Part shown: one piece after another, positions 28,237-38,096 of the stretch
Layout of the letters: each line of letters begins with the position of its first letter
Position numbering within the stretch: the stretch's first letter is position 1
From: a virus
Taxonomy: Duplodnaviria; Heunggongvirae; Uroviricota; Caudoviricetes
DNA: 64,000 bases
Virus record (IMG/VR): IMGVR_UViG_2938655777_000006
Span: 80,983-144,982 of that record
Strand: one strand, 5' to 3'
Position numbers and translations under genes: made by a program
Notes under the pieces: generated by a model
Databases searched by the model: none
Seen by the model: the letters and a program-made list of their open reading frames with translations, nothing else
What the model was told of the DNA's origin: nothing

Positions 28237-28458
28237 ATGAAATTTTACGGAATCGCAGTAAACACACAAAACAAAAACGTGGTAATCAACAATCTACCAA
28301 CTGACTATATTGGAGCAGTAAAAGAAGCAAAACGTATCGCGACTAAACAAGAATTGAAGTTTCAATTTGTTAAGCCTGCTGTGAATGGACAAAAAAAAGG
28401 GGCAACGCTCACGAAATTTGCAGCACAACGCAAGAATCGTAAGTCTGTAAAACGGTGA
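28237..28458 (+). CDS. small basic protein (possible DNA-binding)
   Basis: Lys/Arg-rich 73 aa; RBS aacGGAGaaatatacatATG. Confidence 0.4.
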   Translation: MKFYGIAVNTQNKNVVINNLPTDYIGAVKEAKRIATKQELKFQFVKPAVNGQKKGATLTKFAAQRKNRKSVKR

Positions 28459-28462
28459 TTTT

Positions 28463-29137
28463 ATGGGGAAAAAATTTATTGATATAACGGGTGAAAGATT
28501 TGGTGAACTGATAATCTTAAGAAGAGTTGCTCCTGTTGGGGGACAGACTTGTGCACACTGGCTTTGTCGATGTGATTGTGGAAATGAGTTTGTTTCACAG
28601 TCAGGAGCCTTGTTGAATGGATACACAAAAAGATGTATCAATTGTAGGCACTCATTAAGAAGAAAATGTAACAATAAAAGAATATTAAATACATGGAATC
28701 ATATGTTGCAAAGATGTTATGTAGAAAAATCAAAACACTATCACGATTACGGTGGCAGGGGAATAGTGGTTTGTGAGGAATGGCGCACTGATCCAAAAAA
28801 CTTTGAGAATTGGGCAGTACAAAATGGATATGCCGACAATCTAACAATAGACAGAATTGACGTTAATGGAAATTATGAACCCAACAATTGTAGATGGGCG
28901 ACTAATAAAGAACAACAAAATAATAAAAGAACTAATAGATATGTTGAATCAAACGGAAAAAGGCAAACCATCAAAGAATGGGCAGATGAATTGGGAATGA
29001 ATGAATATAGGATTAGATATCGCATGAATCAAGGAGTTACTGATCCAAATGTAATTCTTTCAAAAGAGAAAATATATAGATTATCACCATACATAAACCA
29101 AAAGCATGTAGAAAAGGAGGGAGCTGATGCGTATTAA
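28463..29137 (+). CDS. HNH homing endonuclease (free-standing)
   Basis: N-terminal Cys cluster CHWLCRCDCG...CINCRH; HNH_3-type core NLTIDRIDVNGNYEPNNCRWATNKEQQNN. Confidence 0.6.
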   Translation: MGKKFIDITGERFGELIILRRVAPVGGQTCAHWLCRCDCGNEFVSQSGALLNGYTKRCINCRHSLRRKCNNKRILNTWNHMLQRCYVEKSKHYHDYGGRGIVVCEEWRTDPKNFENWAVQNGYADNLTIDRIDVNGNYEPNNCRWATNKEQQNNKRTNRYVESNGKRQTIKEWADELGMNEYRIRYRMNQGVTDPNVILSKEKIYRLSPYINQKHVEKEGADAY

Positions 29138-29366
29138 AATCTCGGATCATGCGAAAATAAGATGTGAACAAAGCAACATTGGAGTGGGTCGCCTTATTAA
29201 AGAGGTGGCTTCACTCCCAAATGTTCAAGGCAAGATTAGATGGATGACTAGATATGGAGTAATTGTTCTGGAACGAGTAAATGAAGGATTGATTCTGATC
29301 AAAACGTTCATTGCCAAGTTTAAGTATAAAGGCAAACAATATCATAAAGGTTGCAGAACGTTCTAA
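29127..29366 (+). CDS. hypothetical protein (79 aa)
   Basis: Overlaps previous stop; RBS aaaaGGAGGGAgctgATG. Confidence 0.4.
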   Translation: MRIKISDHAKIRCEQSNIGVGRLIKEVASLPNVQGKIRWMTRYGVIVLERVNEGLILIKTFIAKFKYKGKQYHKGCRTF

Positions 29367-29598
29367 TACATACGAGAAAGAGTGATAAGTTTGACAACGG
29401 TACTTAAACATAAACTTACTGGTGAATATGGAACATTAGAATATTCTAGGTTTGGTTGAAGCGTACATTGGTTGGATGAAAAAGGGAATTTAGGTAAGGG
29501 ACTAGGTAGTCGATTAGATACTATTTTTAAACATTGGGATATCGTCGATTTACCTGAAGGATATGAAATTGGTGAGTGGGGAGGTGTAAGGAAATCTG

Positions 29599-29961
29599 AT
29601 GAACGAAGTAATTCATAAAGTTTATAAAATTAGGCACAAGGAGACAGGGTTATTTTCTAAAGGTGGGACTCATATTTATGGAATCTGGACAAAAGAAGGA
29701 AAATCTTGGTCTAACATCGGGCATTTGAAAAATCATCTTAATCAATTTGTGGGTTACGACAATCCTTACACTGATGCCGAAATAGTTGAAGTTGTTATCA
29801 ACTATGATATGTGTATAAAGATGGATGTAAGTGAGTTATTTGATGAAATAAAAGCTAACAAGACAAAAATTGAAGAGAAGTATAGATTACAGGCTCTAAA
29901 ATGGAAAGAAGAGCAGGAAAGGAAGCAACTAGAAGAACTTAAAATCAAGTATGAGTCTTAA
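29599..29961 (+). CDS. hypothetical protein (120 aa)
   Basis: RBS gtgggGAGGTGtaaggaaatctgATG. Confidence 0.4.
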   Translation: MNEVIHKVYKIRHKETGLFSKGGTHIYGIWTKEGKSWSNIGHLKNHLNQFVGYDNPYTDAEIVEVVINYDMCIKMDVSELFDEIKANKTKIEEKYRLQALKWKEEQERKQLEELKIKYES

Positions 29962-29990
29962 TAAAATACAAGTTCGATTAGAGGAAGTGA

Positions 29991-30263
29991 GTGTGTAGCC
30001 AATTGACTAAAAATAGAAATCTTTTGATTACTATTGAAGAAGTTGTAGAGAAAAAGAATCCATCTCAACCATACATGGCAGGGGATCATGTTGCTCAAAC
30101 GACATCAATTTACACGGAAATAGTTCATAACAATGAAATTGTAAATATGATTGTTGATAATACGGTTATTCATGAGGAAGAAAAAGAAAGATTCGTTAAG
30201 GTTAGTAGTGAAGATAAGGATATTTTTAAGCGAATATTGAATAAATATCTCAAAATAAAATAG
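29991..30263 (+). CDS. hypothetical protein (90 aa, GTG start)
   Basis: ORF in track; RBS gaGGAAGTGAgtGTG. Confidence 0.35.
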   Translation: MCSQLTKNRNLLITIEEVVEKKNPSQPYMAGDHVAQTTSIYTEIVHNNEIVNMIVDNTVIHEEEKERFVKVSSEDKDIFKRILNKYLKIK

Positions 30264-30290
30264 TGGTTTTACATTAAGAGGAGGATAGAA

Positions 30291-30557
30291 ATGGAGAAAA
30301 GTGTATTTCTACATGTAAGAGGCGATGACTATTCAGCCATGCTTTTTGATCAAAACTTTAATGCTCAGGAAATTTATGAAGACATGATTCGAAATGGTGA
30401 ATCCACAAGAACAATTGACGAAGAGGATTATATTGAAATTGATATTGTAGAATTTGAAAAAGTTGATACTAAGTTTATGAGTTGGATTAAAGGAAATCTT
30501 TGTGATTACGATCAATTAAAAGGGAGCGACATCTTTGAAGTTAAGCCCGTAAAATAA
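30291..30557 (+). CDS. hypothetical acidic protein (88 aa)
   Basis: RBS aagAGGAGGatagaaATG. Confidence 0.4.
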   Translation: MEKSVFLHVRGDDYSAMLFDQNFNAQEIYEDMIRNGESTRTIDEEDYIEIDIVEFEKVDTKFMSWIKGNLCDYDQLKGSDIFEVKPVK

Positions 30558-30579
30558 TGTAAAAAAGTAGACAGACAAT

Positions 30580-30963
30580 ATGGAGGAGAAGAAATTGAGC
30601 AATACAGAAGGATTACAATCAAATATACATTTAAAATTATCGAATGGATGCTTGACAATTTATTGTGATGAGAAATTCGATGCTGACGGTATTACCTATG
30701 AAAATGGACAAAAATTAAATGCTGAAGGTTTATTCAATCTATATCGACATCAACATTACTCAATTTATTTGGTATTGAGATTGTATAAAAGAGAGCATGA
30801 GGACAGTGAATATCTTAAAGGAGTGACTATCCCTGCATTAGAAAATTTTTTGTTGAAGATGATGCCTTTCGAAGAGCTAGAAAAAAAGAAAGAAGAAATG
30901 AGTAAATACAACGAAGAGCGGTTTGCTTGTGAGTTTTTTAAAAATGTTCTTGCGATTTCTTAA
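30580..30963 (+). CDS. hypothetical protein (127 aa)
   Basis: ORF in track; alternative TTG 30595 5 nt after GGAGGAG. Confidence 0.4.
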   Translation: MEEKKLSNTEGLQSNIHLKLSNGCLTIYCDEKFDADGITYENGQKLNAEGLFNLYRHQHYSIYLVLRLYKREHEDSEYLKGVTIPALENFLLKMMPFEELEKKKEEMSKYNEERFACEFFKNVLAIS

Positions 30964-31010
30964 CCATAAAATAATGCTTTTACTGGGATGACAAATTAGG
31001 AGGAATGAGT

Positions 31011-31310
31011 TTGAAGTATATCCGTCTACCTAGAGGATCAGGAAAGCCAGATACCATTATGAATTCAATCAAAGAAAAGATAGAAAAGGAGGAGCGGTTC
31101 ATCGTGTTAAATGATATGAATTATCTTGATATCGCCAAACGTTTGGAGAAGTTACGCAAGGATCGAGCGAAGATTGATCGTGAAATATGTGACCTAGAGA
31201 ATATGAAAAGTAGAAAACTATCTGAAGATATAAAATGGAATACATACGAGAAAGCAATGGCAGATTGGAAAGATTATGGTACAACATTTCCGAATACAAT
31301 TAGATGGTAA
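31011..31310 (+). CDS. hypothetical protein (99 aa, TTG start)
   Basis: AGGAGGA 6 nt before TTG 31011; track ATG 31005 sits inside the SD. Confidence 0.4.
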   Translation: MKYIRLPRGSGKPDTIMNSIKEKIEKEERFIVLNDMNYLDIAKRLEKLRKDRAKIDREICDLENMKSRKLSEDIKWNTYEKAMADWKDYGTTFPNTIRW

Positions 31311-31464
31311 AAACAATAAACTGGGCAATGCAATCAACTAGGAGTGTCGGCTTAAGCTGAGATGGAAAACACGACGACAGTGGGGATTGAACATGACTAA
31401 CAAGTGAATGAATCTCGATTTTGGGTGAGGCCAGTCATTATACATAGAAAAGGAAGTTTATAAG

Positions 31465-31608
31465 ATGCCGTTAATTGGTGGGATTATTATCCTTGCGATT
31501 CTGTTGTTTATATTGTGGTTTTTACTTAATCCAATTTTTAATGCTGTAGGATCAAAGGTAAATAAAATCAAAAAACTATTTAAAAATCAGGAGGAAGAAA
31601 ATGAATAA
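31465..31608 (+). CDS. small single-pass membrane protein (47 aa)
   Basis: Hand-translated MPLIGGIIILAILLFILWFLLNPIFNAVGSKVNKIKKLFKNQEEENE; RBS aaaGGAAGtttataag; stop overlaps next ATG. Confidence 0.35.
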   Translation: MPLIGGIIILAILLFILWFLLNPIFNAVGSKVNKIKKLFKNQEEENE

Positions 31609-32443
31609 CTTTAAAATCGGTGCATTTGTTACAGGCGGTATTATTTTGTTTGGAGTTATCTTAACTCCATTTTTTGTTACTACAATCGGTGCTGGTCATG
31701 CTGGTGTAGTCTATAACCGAAATGGTGGACTAGAACAACAAACATTGGGTCAAGGCTGGCACTTAGTTTCGCCATTTAAACGTGTAACTGAATATCCAAT
31801 TGCAACTGAAACGGTTAAATATGAAGATGTGACTATCGGTACAAAAGATGGTAAGCCAATTAAAACTACTTTTCAATACAACTACCATATTGAACCGACT
31901 AAACTTCCTGATATTTTTAATAAATTCAGAGGGGCTAATTCAGAGGTAATTGAAAATGGATTCTTAAAGTCTCGCTTAACTGAAATGGCAAAAGAGGTAA
32001 CGACTAAATATACGGTTCTTGAAATTCTTGGAGAGAAAAGCTCTGAGGTATCGCTGGGGATTCAAGAGAAATTTGCTGTAGACGCAAAAGAAATTGGCTT
32101 CATTGTTGAAGCAGTTACCTTTACGCCACCAGTACCAGATGAACAAACACAAAAAGCTATTCAGGCAAAAGTAGATGCACAGCAAAAACTAGAACAGGAA
32201 AAAGTAGAACTAGAGAAGGCTAAAGTTATTGCTCAAAAACAACGTGAAGAAGCTAAAGGTAAAGCCGATTCAGTTTTAATTGAAGCTGAAGGTCAAGCAA
32301 AAGCAAACCAAGTAATTAGACAGTCTTTGACTAATGAACTGGTTCAATATGAGACAGTGAAGAAATGGAACGGGACTTTGCCTCAAGTAAGTGGATCTAA
32401 TACACCAATTGTACAATTACCTACTGCAAATACAAGTAAATAA
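31601..32443 (+). CDS. SPFH/band-7 (prohibitin/stomatin/HflC-like) membrane protein
   Basis: N-terminal TM FVTGGIILFGVILTPFFV, SPFH core, C-terminal coiled coil AQQKLEQEKVELEKAKVIAQKQREEAKGKAD; RBS caGGAGGaagaaaATG. Confidence 0.6.
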   Translation: MNNFKIGAFVTGGIILFGVILTPFFVTTIGAGHAGVVYNRNGGLEQQTLGQGWHLVSPFKRVTEYPIATETVKYEDVTIGTKDGKPIKTTFQYNYHIEPTKLPDIFNKFRGANSEVIENGFLKSRLTEMAKEVTTKYTVLEILGEKSSEVSLGIQEKFAVDAKEIGFIVEAVTFTPPVPDEQTQKAIQAKVDAQQKLEQEKVELEKAKVIAQKQREEAKGKADSVLIEAEGQAKANQVIRQSLTNELVQYETVKKWNGTLPQVSGSNTPIVQLPTANTSK

Positions 32444-32484
32444 GCATGTAAAAGATATATTTGACTGAGAAAGGAATGTGAGAG

Positions 32485-32667
32485 ATGCCTATTAATATAG
32501 GAGATAGATTTAAATTGAAATCAACAGGACAGCGACTTGAGGTATCCGAGATAGTCACAATGTACAAGCTGTCTCCAGTAAGAGCAAAAGCACTTCATAC
32601 ACCCGCAATGACCGAGGAAAAATTGATTGAAAATTACGAACCTTATATTGAAGAGGAGACAAACTGA
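32485..32667 (+). CDS. hypothetical protein (60 aa)
   Basis: RBS gaaaGGAatgtgagagATG. Confidence 0.35.
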   Translation: MPINIGDRFKLKSTGQRLEVSEIVTMYKLSPVRAKALHTPAMTEEKLIENYEPYIEEETN

Positions 32668-32940
32668 ATGGCTGAAAGAATCTATGGCTACAACCATAAC
32701 AAAGATTACACTGGATTTGTATGTGAACTAACTCGGACACTTGAAGAGACAATGGAAAAATTGAAGGAGCTGGGTGTTACCCCTCCAGACGGTTGGATTC
32801 CACATCCAGAAGGATTTTCTGTAAAAGCGGATCATCGAGACGATATGCTGGTTCAATTTTGTAATATTGATACTGGCGAAGATATCGAGGGAGAAACATT
32901 CTGGATTAAATTTGAGGATGCTGTTTCGTATTGGGCATAG
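32668..32940 (+). CDS. hypothetical protein (90 aa)
   Basis: Starts 1 nt after previous stop. Confidence 0.4.
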   Translation: MAERIYGYNHNKDYTGFVCELTRTLEETMEKLKELGVTPPDGWIPHPEGFSVKADHRDDMLVQFCNIDTGEDIEGETFWIKFEDAVSYWA

Positions 32941-32949
32941 GAGGATAAT

Positions 32950-33324
32950 ATGAAAGAAGTCAAATCATATCAGGAAATATGGAAAGAAAAATGGGAAGAT
33001 ATTTGCACCAATCAAGATGGAACAATTAATCTAGATCAGATTCAACGTGAACTTGCAGATTATTCATTTATGCTCGATCAAGTACCCAAAGTCTATGAAG
33101 AGGTTGCTGGATTAAGCAAACCTAATGCATATGCAAGAGCAGTGATTGACCAATTTGAACGTATGAGAAAAGAGGCATTTAAGATGTGGCTAGAGGATTT
33201 TGTAGAAAATAATGAATGTATGTACGAAAGGCATATAAACAGTGATGACGAAATAGATAATGAGTTTGCCGAAGGCATTAGATGGACACTGGATGAATTA
33301 AAAGAGGATTTTGGTATTCGGTAA
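32950..33324 (+). CDS. hypothetical protein (124 aa)
   Basis: RBS atAGGAGGataatATG. Confidence 0.4.
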   Translation: MKEVKSYQEIWKEKWEDICTNQDGTINLDQIQRELADYSFMLDQVPKVYEEVAGLSKPNAYARAVIDQFERMRKEAFKMWLEDFVENNECMYERHINSDDEIDNEFAEGIRWTLDELKEDFGIR

Positions 33325-33367
33325 AGTGAGTAAAATGAGATTTTATAAATACAAGGAGAATGTAAGC

Positions 33368-33814
33368 ATGAAGAAATACGCAGATTGGTATTATGTACGA
33401 GAGGCAGAGAACGAAGGATTAGTTGCTTCTATGGATAATATAATTGAAAGAAATCGGACGGATCTAAACAAAAAGCTTAGTGCCTACTTTATAAGCAAAT
33501 TGCCCAATTATGATTCGATTTTTAATGAAAATGAAAGCGAAGATGTTTTGTATGCTATCAACGAATATATTCAAGAAAACAATATTGATAAACGTGAAAT
33601 TGATTTTCCTATTACGGAAGGCAGCGATGTTCATTTGTTGAAGATCACAGACAACCTTCAATTAAAAATCATTGTTGCTGATGAATATTATGGTAGCGGA
33701 GATTACAGCAAATACATTGCTATTGATCGCTTTATCATCAATGAAAATACTACAGAGAAAAATGTAGATTCATTAATTGAGTTTATTAAAAAATACCTTA
33801 ATAGCGTTCGATAA
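33368..33814 (+). CDS. hypothetical protein (148 aa)
   Basis: ATG 33368 8 nt after AAGGAGAA; track ORF begins at upstream in-frame ATG. Confidence 0.4.
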   Translation: MKKYADWYYVREAENEGLVASMDNIIERNRTDLNKKLSAYFISKLPNYDSIFNENESEDVLYAINEYIQENNIDKREIDFPITEGSDVHLLKITDNLQLKIIVADEYYGSGDYSKYIAIDRFIINENTTEKNVDSLIEFIKKYLNSVR

Positions 33815-33852
33815 AAGGCGTATTTGATTAAAAAACATAGGAGAATGAAAAG

Positions 33853-34209
33853 ATGGCTAAAATTAAGCTACCTAAAGATATCGTTCAAGTTCTAGATAAA
33901 TTTAAAGTTGAATTTAAACCCAAAGGTGTATCTTTTAAACTTGGGGCAACTAATTGGACTTTTCTTAGAGAAAGTTTCGAACAAGAACACAAAATTATTA
34001 TGGATCACATAGCTGGAGACAGTAAACATTGGGAAGATTATATGCTTTCACTAGTACATGGTTACGAAGAAATCACAGATGAAGAAATAGTAAAGGGATA
34101 CTATGAGAGAGCTACAGCGCTAACAGCGTTCGATCCTTGTTTGGCTTATCGTGCAGGGATGAGAGATTTTGCAAAAGTATATGGCTATAATTTTCGGTGG
34201 TTGTTGTAA
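33853..34209 (+). CDS. hypothetical protein (118 aa)
   Basis: RBS atAGGAGaatgaaaagATG. Confidence 0.4.
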   Translation: MAKIKLPKDIVQVLDKFKVEFKPKGVSFKLGATNWTFLRESFEQEHKIIMDHIAGDSKHWEDYMLSLVHGYEEITDEEIVKGYYERATALTAFDPCLAYRAGMRDFAKVYGYNFRWLL

Positions 34210-34287
34210 GGCAATAAAGGAGGAAGCTAATGCACTGGACAACATGAATTACAAGCAGACAATTATAGATTAGGGAGGGCTTATTGA

Positions 34288-35313
34288 TTGAAATCTAATA
34301 TTATAATTCCAGAAACAATTAAGGTTGGCTTTCAAAACAGAGACAGTACGTACACTAAGAAACTGGCCTATGTTATTTACTACGATCATAAAGGCGTTTT
34401 AAGAAAAGAAGCTTCATGGAATAGCTGGAGAGACAAAGACATTCCCGATTTGTCGCTATCAAATATTCCAACATCAGGATTTGTACTAAATAAAAAAGCG
34501 GGTGGGTACTCAAGTGGATGGAATCACAGACAAACATATGTCAGAGTGTATGATCCAAGAGACTTTGAATTTGAAATTAGCGTACCCAACCTGCTGTATA
34601 TCCTAGAAAATACTAACTCCATCAAAGGAAAAGGACTGGAAGGCGAATTTGTTTATGGGTGGGATGGTACTGAATTAGTTCTAATCCCAACCTCTTCTCC
34701 TGATTATAGTGAGATTATTCAATTCAATGGCATCCTTAAAGAGAAGAAACACATTAAAGGGAAAGAGCTATTGCTAGGCGCTACATATAAGACCAAAGAT
34801 AATAGGGAGCTTGTCTACTTAGGTAGATTCGATTATTACGGATGGAAAGGAGAAAAGGAAGCTAAGAAGTACTTCTTTTACAATAAAGATAAATATTCAT
34901 ACCTTGAAACGATAAAAACACTGGGAGATAAGATAATCAGCGTAGTGTCAGAAGAATGTGTTGAAAATTATGCTGAGTTGATGGACAAGCTAGAGTCTGA
35001 TTCACACTACTCACCGTATGATGAATCAAAAGATGAATTTGTTGATTGTGACTATGATGTTTTCAAAAGCAAAGTTACGAATGATAGATGGGGTACGAAG
35101 TTTTATAGTAGAGGTAGCATTATCAAAGTATCAGAAAATTATCCCGATCCAAGTTTATTTAAAGTATCTACCGAAGCCATGTCTTCATGGGGCTACAGCA
35201 GAGATGAAGTGATCTATGAAGGTTCGCTAGAAGATATCTACGAAACCTATAAACCAAAACGAAAAAATAAATATTTAACTAATGGGAAACTCTATCAAAA
35301 AGATATTATTTAA
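34288..35313 (+). CDS. hypothetical protein (341 aa, TTG start)
   Basis: ttaGGGAGGGcttattgaTTG. Confidence 0.45.
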   Translation: MKSNIIIPETIKVGFQNRDSTYTKKLAYVIYYDHKGVLRKEASWNSWRDKDIPDLSLSNIPTSGFVLNKKAGGYSSGWNHRQTYVRVYDPRDFEFEISVPNLLYILENTNSIKGKGLEGEFVYGWDGTELVLIPTSSPDYSEIIQFNGILKEKKHIKGKELLLGATYKTKDNRELVYLGRFDYYGWKGEKEAKKYFFYNKDKYSYLETIKTLGDKIISVVSEECVENYAELMDKLESDSHYSPYDESKDEFVDCDYDVFKSKVTNDRWGTKFYSRGSIIKVSENYPDPSLFKVSTEAMSSWGYSRDEVIYEGSLEDIYETYKPKRKNKYLTNGKLYQKDII

Positions 35314-35328
35314 AAGGAGAAATACATA

Positions 35329-35739
35329 ATGGTAATTAACAATGATCAAAAAATTCTGGAACTTAAAAAGCAGATTGAAGCTAAGAAGAAACAAATTAGC
35401 AAGTCAAAAAAGTTTGCGCCAGTAACAAACTGTTCAATTGAGTTGGATGGAGTAAGATATAACATTCAAGTGTTAACGAAAGAGCAAGTCGTCTCTTTAA
35501 TGGTAAAGCTTAATTCATATGCTATGTCGGCAGACGATTTGGGACTATTACATAATTACACTATTAGTGGGTTTAATGTAGCGGAATGGATTGACGATCT
35601 AAAGTCTAAACTTGATTTCATGTCTAGAAAAGAAGAAGAACAAAAACTTAAAACAATGGAATCAAAACTTGATAAGTTGCTCTCGAATGATAAGAAGGTT
35701 GAACTTGAAATAAGTGAGATTGAATCCCTGCTTAATTAG
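35329..35739 (+). CDS. coiled-coil protein (136 aa)
   Basis: RBS aaaAGGAGaaatacataATG; heptad-rich sequence. Confidence 0.4.
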   Translation: MVINNDQKILELKKQIEAKKKQISKSKKFAPVTNCSIELDGVRYNIQVLTKEQVVSLMVKLNSYAMSADDLGLLHNYTISGFNVAEWIDDLKSKLDFMSRKEEEQKLKTMESKLDKLLSNDKKVELEISEIESLLN

Positions 35740-35783
35740 TTAGTAAAAACCGATTTTACAATAATAAAAAAGGAGAAATTTAA

Positions 35784-35999
35784 ATGAGTGTTATTGATAG
35801 TATTAAAGCAAAAATCGAAGATTTACGAGAAGATATTATAGAAATTAATGAACAAATCGAAGATGATTTCAATCCTATGGACTGGTCTGGCGGAAATTTT
35901 GATGATTGTTATGATCTAGGGTATGGACATGGAAAGAAATTTGGTCGTATGGCAGCCTACAAAGAAATTCTTTCAATTCTTGAAAGTGATCGTCAATAG
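35784..35999 (+). CDS. hypothetical protein (71 aa)
   Basis: RBS aaaaAGGAGaaatttaaATG. Confidence 0.4.
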   Translation: MSVIDSIKAKIEDLREDIIEINEQIEDDFNPMDWSGGNFDDCYDLGYGHGKKFGRMAAYKEILSILESDRQ

Positions 36000-36038
36000 A
36001 AATCGTAAAAGTCAAATTTTATAAAGATGGGAGCGCTT

Positions 36039-36800
36039 ATGATGAAATTAAGTAAAGTTAAAGGCTATGAAGATCGGACTATGTTAATGGTTAAGTTCAC
36101 AGAAGAAAAATATGTTAATGATATTTATGACGGTAAACTGTTTTTTAATCCACTCAAGTACTTTGTAGATTTACATGAAGGTACGGGAATCAAAGGGCAA
36201 GGTGACAAATATGAAGGCGCAAATATCATTAATAATGTCTCTGTAAAGCTTATTAATCAGGATTGCAACATTCCTGTGCTAGAAGGGATGTTTGGGAAAA
36301 TTATTGAAAGAAATGGTATATCTGATCATATACCTGTATTTTGTTTAACAACTTTCACAGCAGATAATTTTGAAATCATCGATGAAACAAATGAATCATA
36401 TCGAGCAATTTTTAATGTAGATAAAAACACAAGAAATAAAATTGAAGAAAATTTTGGTAACAGGGCTGTTGTGATTAACCCGGTTTCATTTATAAAAGGT
36501 ATAAATCAAAGCTGCAAAGACAACGGAATTAGCTATGCATCTAAGAAAGTGAAATATGAAGACATATTCATTAACAGAAGAGAGAGAATAACTAATTATA
36601 ATAATTTAACAATTGATTCACTGTTTATTAAAGATAAATATTTTGAATATCAAAATGAATTCAGAATTGCCTTGTTTGATACCCGTATAAACAAAGGTGA
36701 ATTTTTTAAGATGGACAAAATAAAAGAAAGTGTTCTTGTAGACATAGACACGAAAGATTTTTTTGAAAATTATTTTATTGAAGTAGAAAAACACATTTAA
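36039..36800 (+). CDS. hypothetical protein (~254 aa), first gene of DpdA block
   Basis: ATG 36039/36042 5-8 nt after GGGAG; no recognisable motifs. Confidence 0.45.
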   Translation: MMKLSKVKGYEDRTMLMVKFTEEKYVNDIYDGKLFFNPLKYFVDLHEGTGIKGQGDKYEGANIINNVSVKLINQDCNIPVLEGMFGKIIERNGISDHIPVFCLTTFTADNFEIIDETNESYRAIFNVDKNTRNKIEENFGNRAVVINPVSFIKGINQSCKDNGISYASKKVKYEDIFINRRERITNYNNLTIDSLFIKDKYFEYQNEFRIALFDTRINKGEFFKMDKIKESVLVDIDTKDFFENYFIEVEKHI

Positions 36801-36837
36801 GTAAAATGCACATTTGACTGAGAGAAGAGGGATTGGA

Positions 36838-37269
36838 TTGAAACGATCAATAGCGTTAATTAGTTGTGGGAAAAACAAATCGTCTCAAAAAGCACAGGCG
36901 AAGGATTTGTATATCGGAGACTTATTTAAAAAGGCCAGAAAATACTCTGAGAAAGTGCATTCAGAATTCTATATTTTAAGTGCTCTTCATGAATTGGTGC
37001 AGCCAGAAAAATTATTAGAGCCTTATAACTACACGTTAAATGATTTAAACAAACAAGAAATTGTTTCATGGTCACATAATGTATATAAACAAATAAAAGA
37101 CATAATTAAAGAAGGAGAAGAAGTAGAAATTTATATATACGCAGGTGACAAGTATCGTAAATTTCTAGTTCCGCTCCTAGAAGCAGATGGACTAAAAGTG
37201 AATATTCCACTCAAAGGTTTGGGAATTGGACGGCAGCTATCATGGTTTAAAAACAACATCGGAGAGTGA
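36838..37269 (+). CDS. hypothetical protein (143 aa) adjacent to DpdA
   Basis: TTG 36838 6 nt after AGAGGG; conserved-looking N-term IALISCGKNKSS...DLYIGDLF; stop 5 nt before DpdA start. Confidence 0.4.
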   Translation: MKRSIALISCGKNKSSQKAQAKDLYIGDLFKKARKYSEKVHSEFYILSALHELVQPEKLLEPYNYTLNDLNKQEIVSWSHNVYKQIKDIIKEGEEVEIYIYAGDKYRKFLVPLLEADGLKVNIPLKGLGIGRQLSWFKNNIGE

Positions 37270-37273
37270 TTAA

Positions 37274-38086
37274 TTGAGGCTATATCTATCAAAATGCAAT
37301 GACAAGTTAAATACAAAAGAATTAAATACTGAATTTATTACACAAAGCGTATGCTTAAATCCGAAATATAAAGGAATCACCATAAAAAATCCTGATACAA
37401 AAATTTTAATGGATAGTGGAGCATTTCAGGATACAGATAAAGATAAGCGCATTTCTGTTGAAGAGGCATTAGAACGCCAATTAAAACTTGAAAAAAAGAT
37501 TGATATGGTTAGTGAAAGAATTGTTGCTTACGACCACATTGGAAATGTTGAAGACACAATTATGGCAAATAACTACTTAGTCTCTAGACGTGAAGAATTG
37601 AGACCAAGACAATTGGTGCTTATGATTCAGGGCGCAACAATTAAGGACTACATCTACTGCTTAATTGAAACTCTAAAAGTGGCTTCACCTGAAGATTGTA
37701 TTGGGTTAGGTGGGGTCGCAATGTCTGGAAGAGTGAATGATATAAAGTTCAAATTGCTGGATGCAATTAAAATTGGCTTACCAATCATTTGTAATTCTAA
37801 AGTTAAGGATGTTCACATATTTGGGGTGGGTACATTCAACGTATTAAAAGAAGTAGCATACATAAAAGATGTAATAGGAATGGCTGGAGTAGACACAGAG
37901 CAATTAAACATTAGTTGCGATACTTCATCATTTGAAATTATGTCCACAATGGGCAGTGTCATTGATGAGGTACAAGAGAAATGGGTTAAGGTGTACTCGA
38001 AACAGCAAAAATACATAGATTACCATCCAGCAGATTTAACAATTGAAAATATGAAGAAAGCAAAAAAGATAATTGAAAGAATTTAG
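37274..38086 (+). CDS. dpdA: DpdA-like tRNA-guanine-transglycosylase-fold protein (7-deazaguanine DNA transglycosylase candidate)
   Basis: TGT catalytic-region signatures LMDSGAFQ (cf. TGT ..TDSGGFQ), IGLGGVAMSG (cf. GGLAVGE), HIFGVGT (cf. YLMGVG); no Zn-binding CxCxxC tail, as in phage DpdA; TTG start 8 nt after GGAGAG. Confidence 0.6.
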   Translation: MRLYLSKCNDKLNTKELNTEFITQSVCLNPKYKGITIKNPDTKILMDSGAFQDTDKDKRISVEEALERQLKLEKKIDMVSERIVAYDHIGNVEDTIMANNYLVSRREELRPRQLVLMIQGATIKDYIYCLIETLKVASPEDCIGLGGVAMSGRVNDIKFKLLDAIKIGLPIICNSKVKDVHIFGVGTFNVLKEVAYIKDVIGMAGVDTEQLNISCDTSSFEIMSTMGSVIDEVQEKWVKVYSKQQKYIDYHPADLTIENMKKAKKIIERI

Positions 38087-38096
38087 GAGGAAATAG

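Noticed and set aside
36000-36040. Searched for a preQ1 riboswitch upstream of the DpdA/YhhQ block and in the 125-nt leader after promoter 39039
   Set aside because: No preQ1-I/II consensus recognisable by eye.
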